In this document: in pieces, positions 24,250 to 33,760 of the stretch
How positions within the stretch are numbered: position 1 is the first letter of the stretch
Layout of the letters: each line of letters starts with the position of its first letter
Source of the DNA: Pyrinomonadales bacterium
GTDB taxonomy: Bacteria > Acidobacteriota > Blastocatellia > Pyrinomonadales > Pyrinomonadaceae
Direction of reading: 5' to 3'
Assembly (NCBI GenBank): GCA_038235165.1
Contig: JBBSUG010000024.1
Span: 2,430-66,429, forward strand
Length of the DNA stretch: 64,000 nt
The notes under the pieces: model-generated
The model's input: the letters and a program-made list of their open reading frames with translations, nothing else
Databases searched by the model: none
Told to the model about the DNA's origin: nothing
Program-made: the position numbers and the translations under genes

Positions 24250-25404
24250 ATGAAAAAAGTTTCCGTAAAACTAAGCGGCGATAAACACAAATACGAAATC
24301 AAAATTGGCAGCCGTTTATTAATAAACTGCGGCGAGTGGGCGCGAAAATGTGTTTCGTCAAATACCAGAAAAATCGCTCTCGTCACTAACGCCAAAGTTT
24401 TTCGCCTTTATGGTGAAATAGTCAAAACAAGCCTTGAAGATGCCGGTTTTGAAGTCGTTGTCTATAAAATTGGTGACGGTGAAAAATATAAAAGTTTTTG
24501 CACTCTTGAAAAAGTATTGAAGTTTTTCAGCGAAAATAAATTAAAGCGAACCGACGCGGTAATCGCTTTCGGCGGCGGTGTCGTCGGCGATTTGGCTGGG
24601 TTCGCCGCTTCAATTTATTTGCGCGGCGTGGGGTTCTTGCAGATTCCAACAACGCTGCTGGCGATGATTGATTCTTCAGTCGGCGGGAAAACTGCCGTTA
24701 ATTCCGCCTTTGGTAAAAACCTAATCGGCACATTTTATCAACCGAACGGCGTTTTAATTGATGTCGAAACACTAAAAACAATCGCCCGCCGCGAACTCAC
24801 CGCCGGTTTTTGCGAAGCCTTTAAACAAGGCGCAATCGCCGATCAAGCACTTTTTGATCGTACCGCCCGATTTTTGGAAGATTATCCGATTAATAAATTT
24901 AATAAACATTTCGCCGACCAAAGCTTTGTCGCTGATTTTGAAAATTTGCTCGCCGCACAAGTTTCGTTTAAAGCGGAAATCGTCATGCAGGACGAACGCG
25001 AAAGTGTAGCGCGAACCGACTTTAAATCGCGTAAAATACTGAACTTCGGACACACGCTGGCACACGCGCTCGAAAAAATTACCGATTACAAATACTTCAA
25101 ACACGGGGAAGCAGTCGGCTACGGCATTTTATTTGCCGCCGATTTATCGAAAAGACTTGATATTTTTGATAAAAATGAATTACTATTGTTGAACGATGTT
25201 TTTCGTCGGGTTGGTGATCTTCCAGACACGAAAAACATCAAGATAAAAAAGGTGATCGAAGCATTTGCTTTTGATAAAAAAGCCATCGGCGATTCGCTTC
25301 AATTTATTCTTTTAGAAGGAATCGGCAAACCCGTAATCTTAGAAAATAAAGACATTCCTGCATCAGCAATTCAAGCATCTCTCGAGGCGGTTTTACACAA
25401 TTAA
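24250..25404 (+). CDS. aroB: 3-dehydroquinate synthase
   Basis: GGGVVGDLAGFAA, DSSVGGKT, NFGHTLAHALE. Confidence 0.9.
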   Translation: MKKVSVKLSGDKHKYEIKIGSRLLINCGEWARKCVSSNTRKIALVTNAKVFRLYGEIVKTSLEDAGFEVVVYKIGDGEKYKSFCTLEKVLKFFSENKLKRTDAVIAFGGGVVGDLAGFAASIYLRGVGFLQIPTTLLAMIDSSVGGKTAVNSAFGKNLIGTFYQPNGVLIDVETLKTIARRELTAGFCEAFKQGAIADQALFDRTARFLEDYPINKFNKHFADQSFVADFENLLAAQVSFKAEIVMQDERESVARTDFKSRKILNFGHTLAHALEKITDYKYFKHGEAVGYGILFAADLSKRLDIFDKNELLLLNDVFRRVGDLPDTKNIKIKKVIEAFAFDKKAIGDSLQFILLEGIGKPVILENKDIPASAIQASLEAVLHN

Positions 25405-25444
25405 ATTTGCTCAAAGTTGTTGTGTCAGAGGAGTTTATTAGAAA

Positions 25445-25858
25445 ATGAGTAAAGCAGCAGTAAAAAACAGAAAATCTGAACACGGCGGCGCAGGAGTAAA
25501 ATTAGCGATGGTTTTGGTAACGCTATTTCTCATCGCTCACGCCGGTTTTAATTACATTCCAATCGCTTACGAAAGCGAAAATTTCAAGCAGGATATGCAG
25601 ACGGCGGTCGTGCAGGCGGTCGCCTTACCCGGAGCGAATATAACGGCAGTTGATTCTGTCAAACGCCGCGTAGCGGCGGCGGCAGCTAATAATAATGTCC
25701 CGACTAACGCCCTAATCGAGGTCAAACAGGTCGGAAACGTCGTGCAGGCGCACGTCAAATTCACAAAACAAGTCAATGTGTTGCCATTCGGTCTCTTCAA
25801 ATACAATTATCAATTTGAGAAAACCGCGACCCCGACCGGATTTTTGTTCAAGGAATAA
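25445..25858 (+). CDS. Membrane-anchored hypothetical protein
   Basis: One N-terminal TM segment (VKLAMVLVTLFLIAHAGF). No family recognised. Confidence 0.5.
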   Translation: MSKAAVKNRKSEHGGAGVKLAMVLVTLFLIAHAGFNYIPIAYESENFKQDMQTAVVQAVALPGANITAVDSVKRRVAAAAANNNVPTNALIEVKQVGNVVQAHVKFTKQVNVLPFGLFKYNYQFEKTATPTGFLFKE

Positions 25859-25993
25859 AATTCCCGTCCCCACAAATAAAACGAAACTTCAAATTTCACA
25901 CCACACGACATCCGTATTTGCATTTGGTTGGCTGTTTCTCCGCACGGTTTACGAAGCGGAACTCGCTGCATAAATATTGAATCGAAATTTGGC

Positions 25994-26029
25994 GAAACCC
26001 GCTGTCCGATTATTAGGTCAGCGGGTTTC
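25994..26029. terminator. Hairpin with an 11-bp perfect stem
   Basis: GAAACCCGCTG / CAGCGGGTTTC between convergent genes. Confidence 0.5.
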
Positions 26030-26073
26030 AAGCATCGCGGATAAAAAAAACTGCCGCTTATTTGCTAATCTTT

Positions 26074-26718
26074 TTACTTGTCGCCGCCGGAAAATGGAAG
26101 CTGCATCGCCAGATCGAGCCAGCGTTTCTGCACTTCGACGTAATTGTTGACGGCTTGCTGCGCGAAATCCGCCACTGCCGACACCGGCGATGAATCGTCA
26201 ATTTTCAGCGTGTCTTTCATCGCATTAATTAATTGGGTATTTTTCCGGGTGACAAAATCGAGCCACGAATTTCGCATTTTTACGAGTGATTTGATACCCG
26301 GATTTGCGCCGTCCCCGGACACTTCACCGCCGGAATTTGCGAAATTATTGTTTGACTGAACGGCTTGCAAAATTTGCTCGCTCTGTTGAACGGCAATCTC
26401 TGACCATCTTTTCTGCGCTTCGACAAACCCTTCGATACCTTGTTTGACCCAATCGGACAAAGCATCGGTCGGCGCAGTTTCCCTCATTGCCGTCATTTTA
26501 TTGACGGTCTCGATCAGCAGCGCATTCTGTTGGGCGGCGTTTCCAAACCACGCCTTTTGCGCTTCAATGAGTTGGTCTAAAACTTTCTGCGCCCAATCGT
26601 TCGCAGGTGCGGCGGTTGATTCATTTTTTGGGTAAGTCGTCTTTTTTCTGGTGCTGCCGCTGGTCTTTCCGGTAGTTTTTCCAGTAGTTTTTCGTTTGGT
26701 AGATTTGGTGTCAGCCAT
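26074..26718 (-). CDS. Phasin-like protein with three internal repeats and a basic N-terminus
   Basis: Repeats EAQKAWFGNAAQQ, EAQKRWSEIAVQQ and EVQKRWLDLAMQ. Lys/Thr-rich N-terminus. Adjacent to phaR. Assignment rests on context. Confidence 0.45.
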   Translation of the reverse strand: MADTKSTKRKTTGKTTGKTSGSTRKKTTYPKNESTAAPANDWAQKVLDQLIEAQKAWFGNAAQQNALLIETVNKMTAMRETAPTDALSDWVKQGIEGFVEAQKRWSEIAVQQSEQILQAVQSNNNFANSGGEVSGDGANPGIKSLVKMRNSWLDFVTRKNTQLINAMKDTLKIDDSSPVSAVADFAQQAVNNYVEVQKRWLDLAMQLPFSGGDK

Positions 26719-26802
26719 AATGTTAGATTCTCCGTAACTTTAAAATGAAAAGAAGTTTGGAGTTTACAGCACTCCAAACTTCCAAGTCAAAATATTTGTC
26801 GT

Positions 26803-27186
26803 TTATTTGGTCGCTACCTTCGCCTGTGTTGCCGCATTGTCAACGATTTCTGTGCCGCCCGCGACGACATTGTTCATCGTGTTTTTAACCGCGTCGCCCG
26901 CCGAATTGATCGTTCTTTCGCCGGTGCCGGAGAACAAATTGATCCACTGACGATTTAACTTGGACATATTGTCAAAGTAATTTCTTGCCACATTCACGCC
27001 GCTTTCCTGCATATCGAACCCGACTTGAACCATATTCTGCATATAGCCGTTGGCGATTTCCGCTGTTTTCACCGTGCTTTCAAACATCACATTTGCCGTT
27101 TTTTGCGAAAGCTCAATCGCTGAATTAACACTCTCAACTGCCTGTCCCGTCATTGTTTCCGCCGCTTCTTTTGTATTCTGCTTCAT
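26803..27186 (-). CDS. Phasin-family-like small helical protein
   Basis: 127 aa, all-helical and amphipathic, divergent from phaR. Assignment rests on context. Confidence 0.45.
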   Translation of the reverse strand: MKQNTKEAAETMTGQAVESVNSAIELSQKTANVMFESTVKTAEIANGYMQNMVQVGFDMQESGVNVARNYFDNMSKLNRQWINLFSGTGERTINSAGDAVKNTMNNVVAGGTEIVDNAATQAKVATK

Positions 27187-27303
27187 ACCAAAAAAATCTC
27201 CTGAATATTTTTGCTGTTAAATTATAATCGTTAGTCAACTGATAGTTTTTCCGGCTAACACATCGAATAATAAACTCAAAAAATAATCTTGTCAAGTTTT
27301 ATT

Positions 27304-27315
27304 TCGCATTTGCGA
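27304..27315. promoter_or_regulatory. Palindrome TCGCATTTGCGA (candidate PhaR operator)
   Basis: Perfect TCGCA-TT-TGCGA in the phasin/phaR divergent region. A related CGCATTTACAGC lies near 27413. Confidence 0.3.
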
Positions 27316-27506
27316 GATAAAATTTCAAAACAGCGAAAGTACATATTTGCCTAACAAAATACTAATATACGAAACTTTTACCGAAATTCTACAATGTAAA
27401 TTTTCCATTTTTACGCATTTACAGCAATAAAATATCGTTGGGAAATAAACTGTCTTTGTGAAAAATCTGTGCGGTCGCGTCTTGATTATAGTACTCTGGT
27501 TATATT

Positions 27507-27980
27507 ATGGCGAAAAGAAAGAAAGAATCGAGTGATGTGCTGGTTATCAAGCGTTACGGCAATCGACGGCTTTACAACACAGAGACGCGCAGTTACGTCA
27601 ACTATCAGGATTTAATCAAATTAGCGCGGGCTGGCGAAGATTTTCAGGTGATCGAATCAAAAACAAAGGATGACGTGACAAAATCAATCTTGATTCAACT
27701 GATTTTGGAAGAGGAAAAGAATAATCACAACATTATGCCGACACCTTTTCTTTTTCAGCTTTTGCGTTCAAACGAAGAATCGTTGCAGGATTTTTTTAAA
27801 AACCATTTGACGACGAGTCTTGCGGCATATATGAAAACTAAAGAAGAGTTCGACAGACGCTTTCGCAGCGTGCTGGAAATGGCGATTCCGAACGCGCAGA
27901 CGTGGGAAAAACTGATTCCCGGCGCGGAAATTATGCGCGAACTTTTGACGGGCGAGAAGAAGGAAAAGGATGAAGGATAA
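27507..27980 (+). CDS. phaR: Polyhydroxyalkanoate synthesis repressor PhaR
   Basis: [27 protein letters not shown] plus the [10 protein letters not shown] block are hallmark PhaR N-terminal motifs. Confidence 0.85.
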   Translation: MAKRKKESSDVLVIKRYGNRRLYNTETRSYVNYQDLIKLARAGEDFQVIESKTKDDVTKSILIQLILEEEKNNHNIMPTPFLFQLLRSNEESLQDFFKNHLTTSLAAYMKTKEEFDRRFRSVLEMAIPNAQTWEKLIPGAEIMRELLTGEKKEKDEG

Positions 27981-28045
27981 ACAAGAAAGAAATTTCGCGG
28001 TTTATCTGTTCCGGCTTCTCTTATTTCTCATTTACCCGGCAACTC

Positions 28046-28798
28046 TTAATTATTCGATAAACGATCAGCAATGATGCGATAAACCTGCGGATTGACGACT
28101 AAACCGACGTGCGTTCCCGACACTTTATAATTATTCGTCGGCTCGTCGTCAACGCAAACCTGCCAGTCAACGATGCCGTCGGTTTCCGTGTAAACGGCGG
28201 TTTGCCGAATCTCTGCCGGAAAATAAGTGTCCCACGCTCTGACGGTTTCACAGTCGCAGCCGCCGCCGAAACATTCGGGGCGTTCGTTGCTGGTTTCGCG
28301 CAGAATGCGGGCGCGAACTTGATTTGCCGTTTTCATCACCGCCGGATGCGAACGAATGCCGCGAAACGGTGAGCCGAGCGCGATTACCGAGCGCACCATT
28401 TCCGGGCGTTGGACAGCCGCCGAACGCGCCAGAATACCGCCCAGACTGTGACCGATCAAATGGACGGGTTTGCCGGTTTTATCTTCGGCTTTTTCAATCG
28501 TCGCCACTAATTTTTTGCCGAGTTTGTCCAAACAGTCGGCGTTCCAACCGATGCCGGACAGATATGGTTTGTAGCCGATGCGCCAGAGCCAAAAATACAA
28601 CTCGCCGAAATAATAATCGGTTCCCATAAATCCGGGAACCAGCACGACCGCCGAACCGTCGCCGCGTTTCGCCCCGAATCCGTAATAAATCGCCGAAGCC
28701 CGCAGCGAAAGCCAGTCAACTCCCCACAATGCTTCACGCAAAATTGGTCGGTCAACCGTTTTGCTGTCCTTAAATGTGTAACTGCCCGTGTTTGTCAT
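28046..28798 (-). CDS. Alpha/beta hydrolase (lipase/esterase-like)
   Basis: Nucleophile elbow HLIGHSLGG. Lies 14 nt downstream of the WS/DGAT gene. Confidence 0.75.
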   Translation of the reverse strand: MTNTGSYTFKDSKTVDRPILREALWGVDWLSLRASAIYYGFGAKRGDGSAVVLVPGFMGTDYYFGELYFWLWRIGYKPYLSGIGWNADCLDKLGKKLVATIEKAEDKTGKPVHLIGHSLGGILARSAAVQRPEMVRSVIALGSPFRGIRSHPAVMKTANQVRARILRETSNERPECFGGGCDCETVRAWDTYFPAEIRQTAVYTETDGIVDWQVCVDDEPTNNYKVSGTHVGLVVNPQVYRIIADRLSNN

Positions 28799-28812
28799 AA
28801 GTTTATTATCGC

Positions 28813-30486
28813 TTATTTGGAGCCGGTTGCGCTAGTAGTTTTTTGCTCCGCATTCGATTTCGGGGCAGTTTTTTTGACAGCGGCTGTCGGTTTCGTCGCT
28901 TCTGCGCTTTTTGATGCTTTCGGTGCTTTGATTTTTGCCGCCGCCGGTTTCTTGTTGGCGGCGACTTTCGGTACGGCTTTTTCTTTGGAAACAGCTTTCG
29001 AGACTGCCTTTGCCGCCGTTGGCGTTTTGGTTTTGGCAGTATTTCGCGGGGCGACTTTTTTAATCGGCGGCGAATCGGCTCCTTCCACTCCTGCCGCCGT
29101 TAATAATTCTGCAAATGACTCGTTGAGACAATCGCGCAGAATTTCGACATCGGGCATCGCCTGCACGTCGGCAGTCAGACCGAACGTGATTTTTTGATCG
29201 TAAGTCAAAATCGCGCAGCCGCAACCGACCGCATAACCGACCGGAACATAGGGATAATAGCCGAGCATTTTTTTGCCGAGCGTGTAAAGCGGAACCTGCG
29301 GACCCGGCACATTCGTCGCCACCATATTGACGGCGGGCATCGGCATTGAGGCAAGCGCACCGGCGAGAGCCTGCACCGGCGCAGGCAAAATTCCCATTAA
29401 CGCCGAAAACAAACTGACACCTTCCGCCACGCGCCCGCCTTTGAGAGCCGCTGTTTTGCGGTTGATGTAGCGAAATCGTTCCGCCGGATCGGGCAGATCA
29501 AGCGGGATTTCAACCGGCAGAATCGAAACCAGATTGCCGAGTGTGCCGTGCTGATCTGCCTGCCGCAAACTCACCGGAACCATAAACCGAATACTGCGAT
29601 TCGCCGTCGGCTGTGCGTGACTTTCGACGTATTTAGCAACCGCACCCGACAAAATCGTCAATGCCGCGTCGTTGACAGTACCGCCGAGAACAGCGCGAAT
29701 CGCGCGAACATCGGCAAAAGAGAATTCGCTCCAAACCAACCGCCGTTCGCCCGAACACTGACGGTTAAACGGCAAAATCGCCGCCGGAGTCACCATTCCC
29801 GACAGTTCGCCGCCGATTTTAGTCATCGCGTCGCGCGTCGGCTGTTCGATAAAAGCCTGCGTTAAATTCAGCAGACCGTTTTGAAACTCCATCCAGCGGT
29901 TCATTCCTTCTTCCATTCCGCCAAGCAGGGAATCGAAAAACTGGCGCGTCGGGTCTAATTTTTCGGTGCGCGGGTGCGTCGTTTCCGGCTTTATCGGAAT
30001 TCCGGCATTCGGCGAAATATCAAGAATAATTTTGATCAGATCAATACCCGACATTCCGTCCACCATACAATGATGAATGCGGGCGACCATCGCCGAATTG
30101 CCGCCTGCAAGTCCGTAAATCCAGAAAATATCCCAGAGCGGTTTGTCCCGTTCCATCACGGGCGTAAAAAGTTTGCTCGACAGTTCGACAAGTTCCCGTT
30201 CGCCGCCGGGAGCGTCAATTTGGAGTTTGAAAATATGTTTGCGAATATCGAAATGCGCGTCGTTTTCCCACGTCGGATGCGCTAGATTAAAAGGGTCGAA
30301 TTTGACGATTTGCTGATAACGCGGAATCAAGTGCATTTTCGCGTCCATCATCGCAACAAAATCCTCAAACGGAACTTCGCCCTCGAAAAAATGAACGCTG
30401 CCGATGTGCATCGGTGCTTCTTTTTTCTCGAAATAGAGAAAACTCGAATCAACGGTCGTCAATCGGCGGTTTAGTGTTTTTGACAT
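28813..30486 (-). CDS. Wax ester synthase / acyl-CoA:diacylglycerol acyltransferase (WS/DGAT) with Lys/Ala/Pro-rich C-terminal tail
   Basis: Active-site [10 protein letters not shown] (HHxxxDG) and a ~460-aa WS/DGAT body. The last ~95 aa are [32 protein letters not shown]... Confidence 0.85.
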   Translation of the reverse strand: MSKTLNRRLTTVDSSFLYFEKKEAPMHIGSVHFFEGEVPFEDFVAMMDAKMHLIPRYQQIVKFDPFNLAHPTWENDAHFDIRKHIFKLQIDAPGGERELVELSSKLFTPVMERDKPLWDIFWIYGLAGGNSAMVARIHHCMVDGMSGIDLIKIILDISPNAGIPIKPETTHPRTEKLDPTRQFFDSLLGGMEEGMNRWMEFQNGLLNLTQAFIEQPTRDAMTKIGGELSGMVTPAAILPFNRQCSGERRLVWSEFSFADVRAIRAVLGGTVNDAALTILSGAVAKYVESHAQPTANRSIRFMVPVSLRQADQHGTLGNLVSILPVEIPLDLPDPAERFRYINRKTAALKGGRVAEGVSLFSALMGILPAPVQALAGALASMPMPAVNMVATNVPGPQVPLYTLGKKMLGYYPYVPVGYAVGCGCAILTYDQKITFGLTADVQAMPDVEILRDCLNESFAELLTAAGVEGADSPPIKKVAPRNTAKTKTPTAAKAVSKAVSKEKAVPKVAANKKPAAAKIKAPKASKSAEATKPTAAVKKTAPKSNAEQKTTSATGSK

Positions 30487-30513
30487 AATTTTCTGTTCTA
30501 CGGCACGTTGATT

Positions 30514-33500
30514 TTAATTAAATGCCCAAACATCGAGCCGGTAGCGATTGTCGGCGGTCAATTCGTTCAACCAATTTTCAGCTTCGGCAATGCTTTTTCC
30601 AGTTTTCTCAATATAAATAGCGGCAAATGTGCGGCGCACGTCGGGAGCCATTCGACCGGCGTCGCCGCAGATATAGATTATCGCACCGGCTTCGAGCAGT
30701 TGCCAAACTTCATCACGGCGCGTGTACATTTCGTTTTGAACGTAGCATTTTTCGTGTCCTTCAACGCGCGAAAAGCAGGTTGAAAGCTGCACGATTCCTT
30801 GTTTTTCAAATTCGCGCAGTTCGTCTTCGTAGATAAAATCCTGTTGCGGATGACGGCAGCCGAAAAATAAAAGTGCGTCGCCGATTTCTTTTCCCTGCTT
30901 TTTAAGTTGATGGCGTTCCTGTAAAAATCCGCGAAACGGCGCGATCCCCGTTCCTGGTCCGATCATAATAATCGGAGTCGTCAAATCGTCCGGCAGACCA
31001 AAAACGGCTTTCGTATCTTTGACGAAGGCGTAAATCTGGCTCGACTCGTTTTTGTGAGCGAGATAATTGGTGCAAACGCCGCGAAATGTGCCGTGACCGG
31101 AACACGCCGAACTTTCGACGACGGCGACCGTAATGCTCGTAAGTTGCGGATTTTCCAGTGGCGACGACGAAATCGAATAATAGCGCGGGCGCAGCGGCGG
31201 CAGTGTTTCGAGATAAATTTCAAACGGCAGAGCGCACGCCGGATATTCTTCGAGCAAATCCAGCGCGGATTTTCTCTTGTCCAAAATTTCTTCGCGGTAC
31301 CGCGCCGCCGTCTGTTCGTCATCGCCGACGAGCGCGAGCATCTGAATTTTGTGCGGTGGGCAATCGGTATATTCGGCGAGCGTTTTGATTTGCTGGCGCG
31401 TGGCGACTTCCTGCAATTCGACGTAATCGCGCAGCAGCCGATAGACGGAAATCGTCTGTTCGATTGGCAGAAAAGTTTTGCGGTTCGCCTGTTTCCGCAG
31501 TCGAATATATGTTTCGCGCTCGAAACCGAAGCGGGCGGCGACTCGTTCAATGAGATTTTCGCTGTTTTGCGGAATCACGCCGAGATGGTCGCCGACATTG
31601 TAAGAAACCGTTTCCGGCAATTCGAGTTCGATGTGCCGGGTCGAGCGTTCCGACGGATGTTCGCCGGTTTTTTTGAGCAGTTCGCGGTTGGTCAGCACTC
31701 GCAATGATTTCGCGCCGAACGAATCAACAAAACCGCTCATTTGCGCTCCCGGCACGATTTCGAGTTTGTAAAGTTGCTTTGAACCTTCGTCAACCTCGAA
31801 TTGCAAATTTAATTCCTTGCCGATGAGTTTTCGCAGCGGCTGAAACCAATTTTGAAATTGTCTTTCAAAATCGTCGCGGGCATCGCCTTCGCCGTGCGCG
31901 TAAAAACGCCGTGCGCCGAGTTGCGCCAAACGCTCGTCAAAAAAACGCGGCACGGCTTGAAAAGTCGAAGCCCAATCCCGATTTCCGCATCCGAAAACCG
32001 CATAAGTTACGCCGTCGAGCGATTGATTCGTATTTTTCAGCCAGTCGTAGAATGCGGCGGCATTGTCCGGCGGCGCACCGTTGTAAGACGACGCGGCGAT
32101 AAACGTCAGCCCGTCCTTCGGCAAACGTCCGGCGTAATCATCAAGCGCGGCGATTTTCACGGCAAACCCGTTTTCCTCCGCATCCTGCGCGATGCGGCGG
32201 GCGATTTCCTCAGCCGTTCCCATATTCGAGCCGTATAAAACCAGCAAAGGAGTATTGTGTTTAGTGCTTTGTCCTTTGTCCTTTGTCTCCGGTTTGGCGG
32301 TTATCTTATTGTCGAAAGTATCTCTTGGAGAACTGGGGACTAAGGACAAAGCACTAAGGACTGTTGATGGACGAGTTCGCACTTTGATCTTCAAGCCTTC
32401 CGGCTTCATCGTCAGCGTTTCCTTGATTTTCAGGTCAATGTAATTGGTGTGATTAATCAGTTCAAAACGCTGCAAAATCATCCCGATCACGAGCGTCGCT
32501 TCCTGAATTGCAAACTGCCGCCCGATGCACGCCCGTTGCCCGTTGCCGAACGGTTTGTAAGCGTTCGGCGGCAGCGAGGCTTCGTGTTCCGTCGTGAAAT
32601 TGTCGGGGTTAAACACTTCCGCGTTCTCGCCCCAAACGGACGGGTCACGGTGCAGCATCGGCAGCAAAACGTTGATTTGATGATCACGTTTAATTTTATA
32701 TTTGCCGCCGAGAATCGTGTCTTCGTAAGGCACGAGCGCGAACGCTGGAGCGGTCGGGAACAGCCGCAGAGTTTCCTTCAAAATCTGCCCAATATAAGTT
32801 AGTTGATTGACTTGCGCGTAAGTCGGCTGCTGTGAATAATCGCGTCCTAAAACACGGTCAACTTCTTCGTAAGCTCGCGCCAGCACGTCCGGGCTTTTGA
32901 GCAGTTCGTAAATCACGAACGAGAGCATCCCGCTGGTTGTTTCGTGTCCGGCAATCAGAAAAGTAATGACCTGATAACGAATGTTCAAATCGTCGAGCCG
33001 TCCGCCGGTTTTTTTGTCCACGCCGGACAACATATAACTCAATAAATCGTGTTTTTCAACCGAATCTGCGCTGTCTGCCCGTCGTTCTTTGATGATGCGG
33101 TCAACGATTTCATTCATCCCGTTGATATCTTCCTGAAACAGGCGGTCGCGTTTGTGCTGCACCATTTTTTCGCCCGGCATATCGCGCAATTCGTCCATCG
33201 AAGTCGAAAGCGCGTTCGCCATCTGCCGGACAAAAGGATGTTCCGCATCGTGATAAAACGAATTAAACCGATAGCCGAAACCGCACAATCCGATAGTGTC
33301 AACCGTTAGACTGGTCATATCGCGCACAACATCAATTTCTTCGTCGGCGTTCAGACGCGCCCATTTGGAAATCATCTGTTCGGCGATGTCGAGCATCATC
33401 GGATGATAGCCGAGCATCGCATTGTGGCTGAAATTCGGCAGCAGAATATTGTGCGCTTTCGACCAATTCGGCTCCTGAGTTTTCGCGGTGAAAAGCCCGT

Positions 33501-33747
33501 CACCCGCAAATCTTCGCACGAGTCCGAGTGCGCCGCGAATCGTTTTATCAAAGCGTTTTTCGTCGGACAATTCGTTGACCAATTCCTGCCCGGACACGAT
33601 AATAACGACCCGCTTGCGAAAAACCATCCGGTAAATCGGACCGTATTCGCGGGCGAGACGAATCATATCCTGCACCGGTTCGCCCGCACTCAAATCGAGC
33701 ATATTGCCGAGCAGAAATTTTTGCGGCGGTTGCGGAATTCGCTCCAT
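30514..33747 (-). CDS. Self-sufficient cytochrome P450 fused to NADPH-P450 reductase (CYP102 / P450-BM3-like)
   Basis: Heme loop FGNGQRACIGRQFA, FMN domain NTPLLVLYGSNMGTAEE, FAD/NADPH motifs RYYSISSSP and GPGTGIAPFRGF. 1077 aa. Confidence 0.95.
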   Translation of the reverse strand: MERIPQPPQKFLLGNMLDLSAGEPVQDMIRLAREYGPIYRMVFRKRVVIIVSGQELVNELSDEKRFDKTIRGALGLVRRFAGDGLFTAKTQEPNWSKAHNILLPNFSHNAMLGYHPMMLDIAEQMISKWARLNADEEIDVVRDMTSLTVDTIGLCGFGYRFNSFYHDAEHPFVRQMANALSTSMDELRDMPGEKMVQHKRDRLFQEDINGMNEIVDRIIKERRADSADSVEKHDLLSYMLSGVDKKTGGRLDDLNIRYQVITFLIAGHETTSGMLSFVIYELLKSPDVLARAYEEVDRVLGRDYSQQPTYAQVNQLTYIGQILKETLRLFPTAPAFALVPYEDTILGGKYKIKRDHQINVLLPMLHRDPSVWGENAEVFNPDNFTTEHEASLPPNAYKPFGNGQRACIGRQFAIQEATLVIGMILQRFELINHTNYIDLKIKETLTMKPEGLKIKVRTRPSTVLSALSLVPSSPRDTFDNKITAKPETKDKGQSTKHNTPLLVLYGSNMGTAEEIARRIAQDAEENGFAVKIAALDDYAGRLPKDGLTFIAASSYNGAPPDNAAAFYDWLKNTNQSLDGVTYAVFGCGNRDWASTFQAVPRFFDERLAQLGARRFYAHGEGDARDDFERQFQNWFQPLRKLIGKELNLQFEVDEGSKQLYKLEIVPGAQMSGFVDSFGAKSLRVLTNRELLKKTGEHPSERSTRHIELELPETVSYNVGDHLGVIPQNSENLIERVAARFGFERETYIRLRKQANRKTFLPIEQTISVYRLLRDYVELQEVATRQQIKTLAEYTDCPPHKIQMLALVGDDEQTAARYREEILDKRKSALDLLEEYPACALPFEIYLETLPPLRPRYYSISSSPLENPQLTSITVAVVESSACSGHGTFRGVCTNYLAHKNESSQIYAFVKDTKAVFGLPDDLTTPIIMIGPGTGIAPFRGFLQERHQLKKQGKEIGDALLFFGCRHPQQDFIYEDELREFEKQGIVQLSTCFSRVEGHEKCYVQNEMYTRRDEVWQLLEAGAIIYICGDAGRMAPDVRRTFAAIYIEKTGKSIAEAENWLNELTADNRYRLDVWAFN
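32261..32357. repeat. 16-bp perfect inverted repeat inside the P450 interdomain-linker coding region
   Basis: TTAGTGCTTTGTCCTT (32261-32276) pairs with AAGGACAAAGCACTAA (32342-32357). The left arm continues as CTTTGTC repeated three times. Confidence 0.9.
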
Positions 33748-33760
33748 AAAAGTAATTATG

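Noticed and set aside
30981-31707. 189-aa (-) and 217-aa (+) ORFs inside the P450-reductase gene.
   Set aside because: These are Arg-rich shadow frames of a long, unmistakable CYP102 gene.
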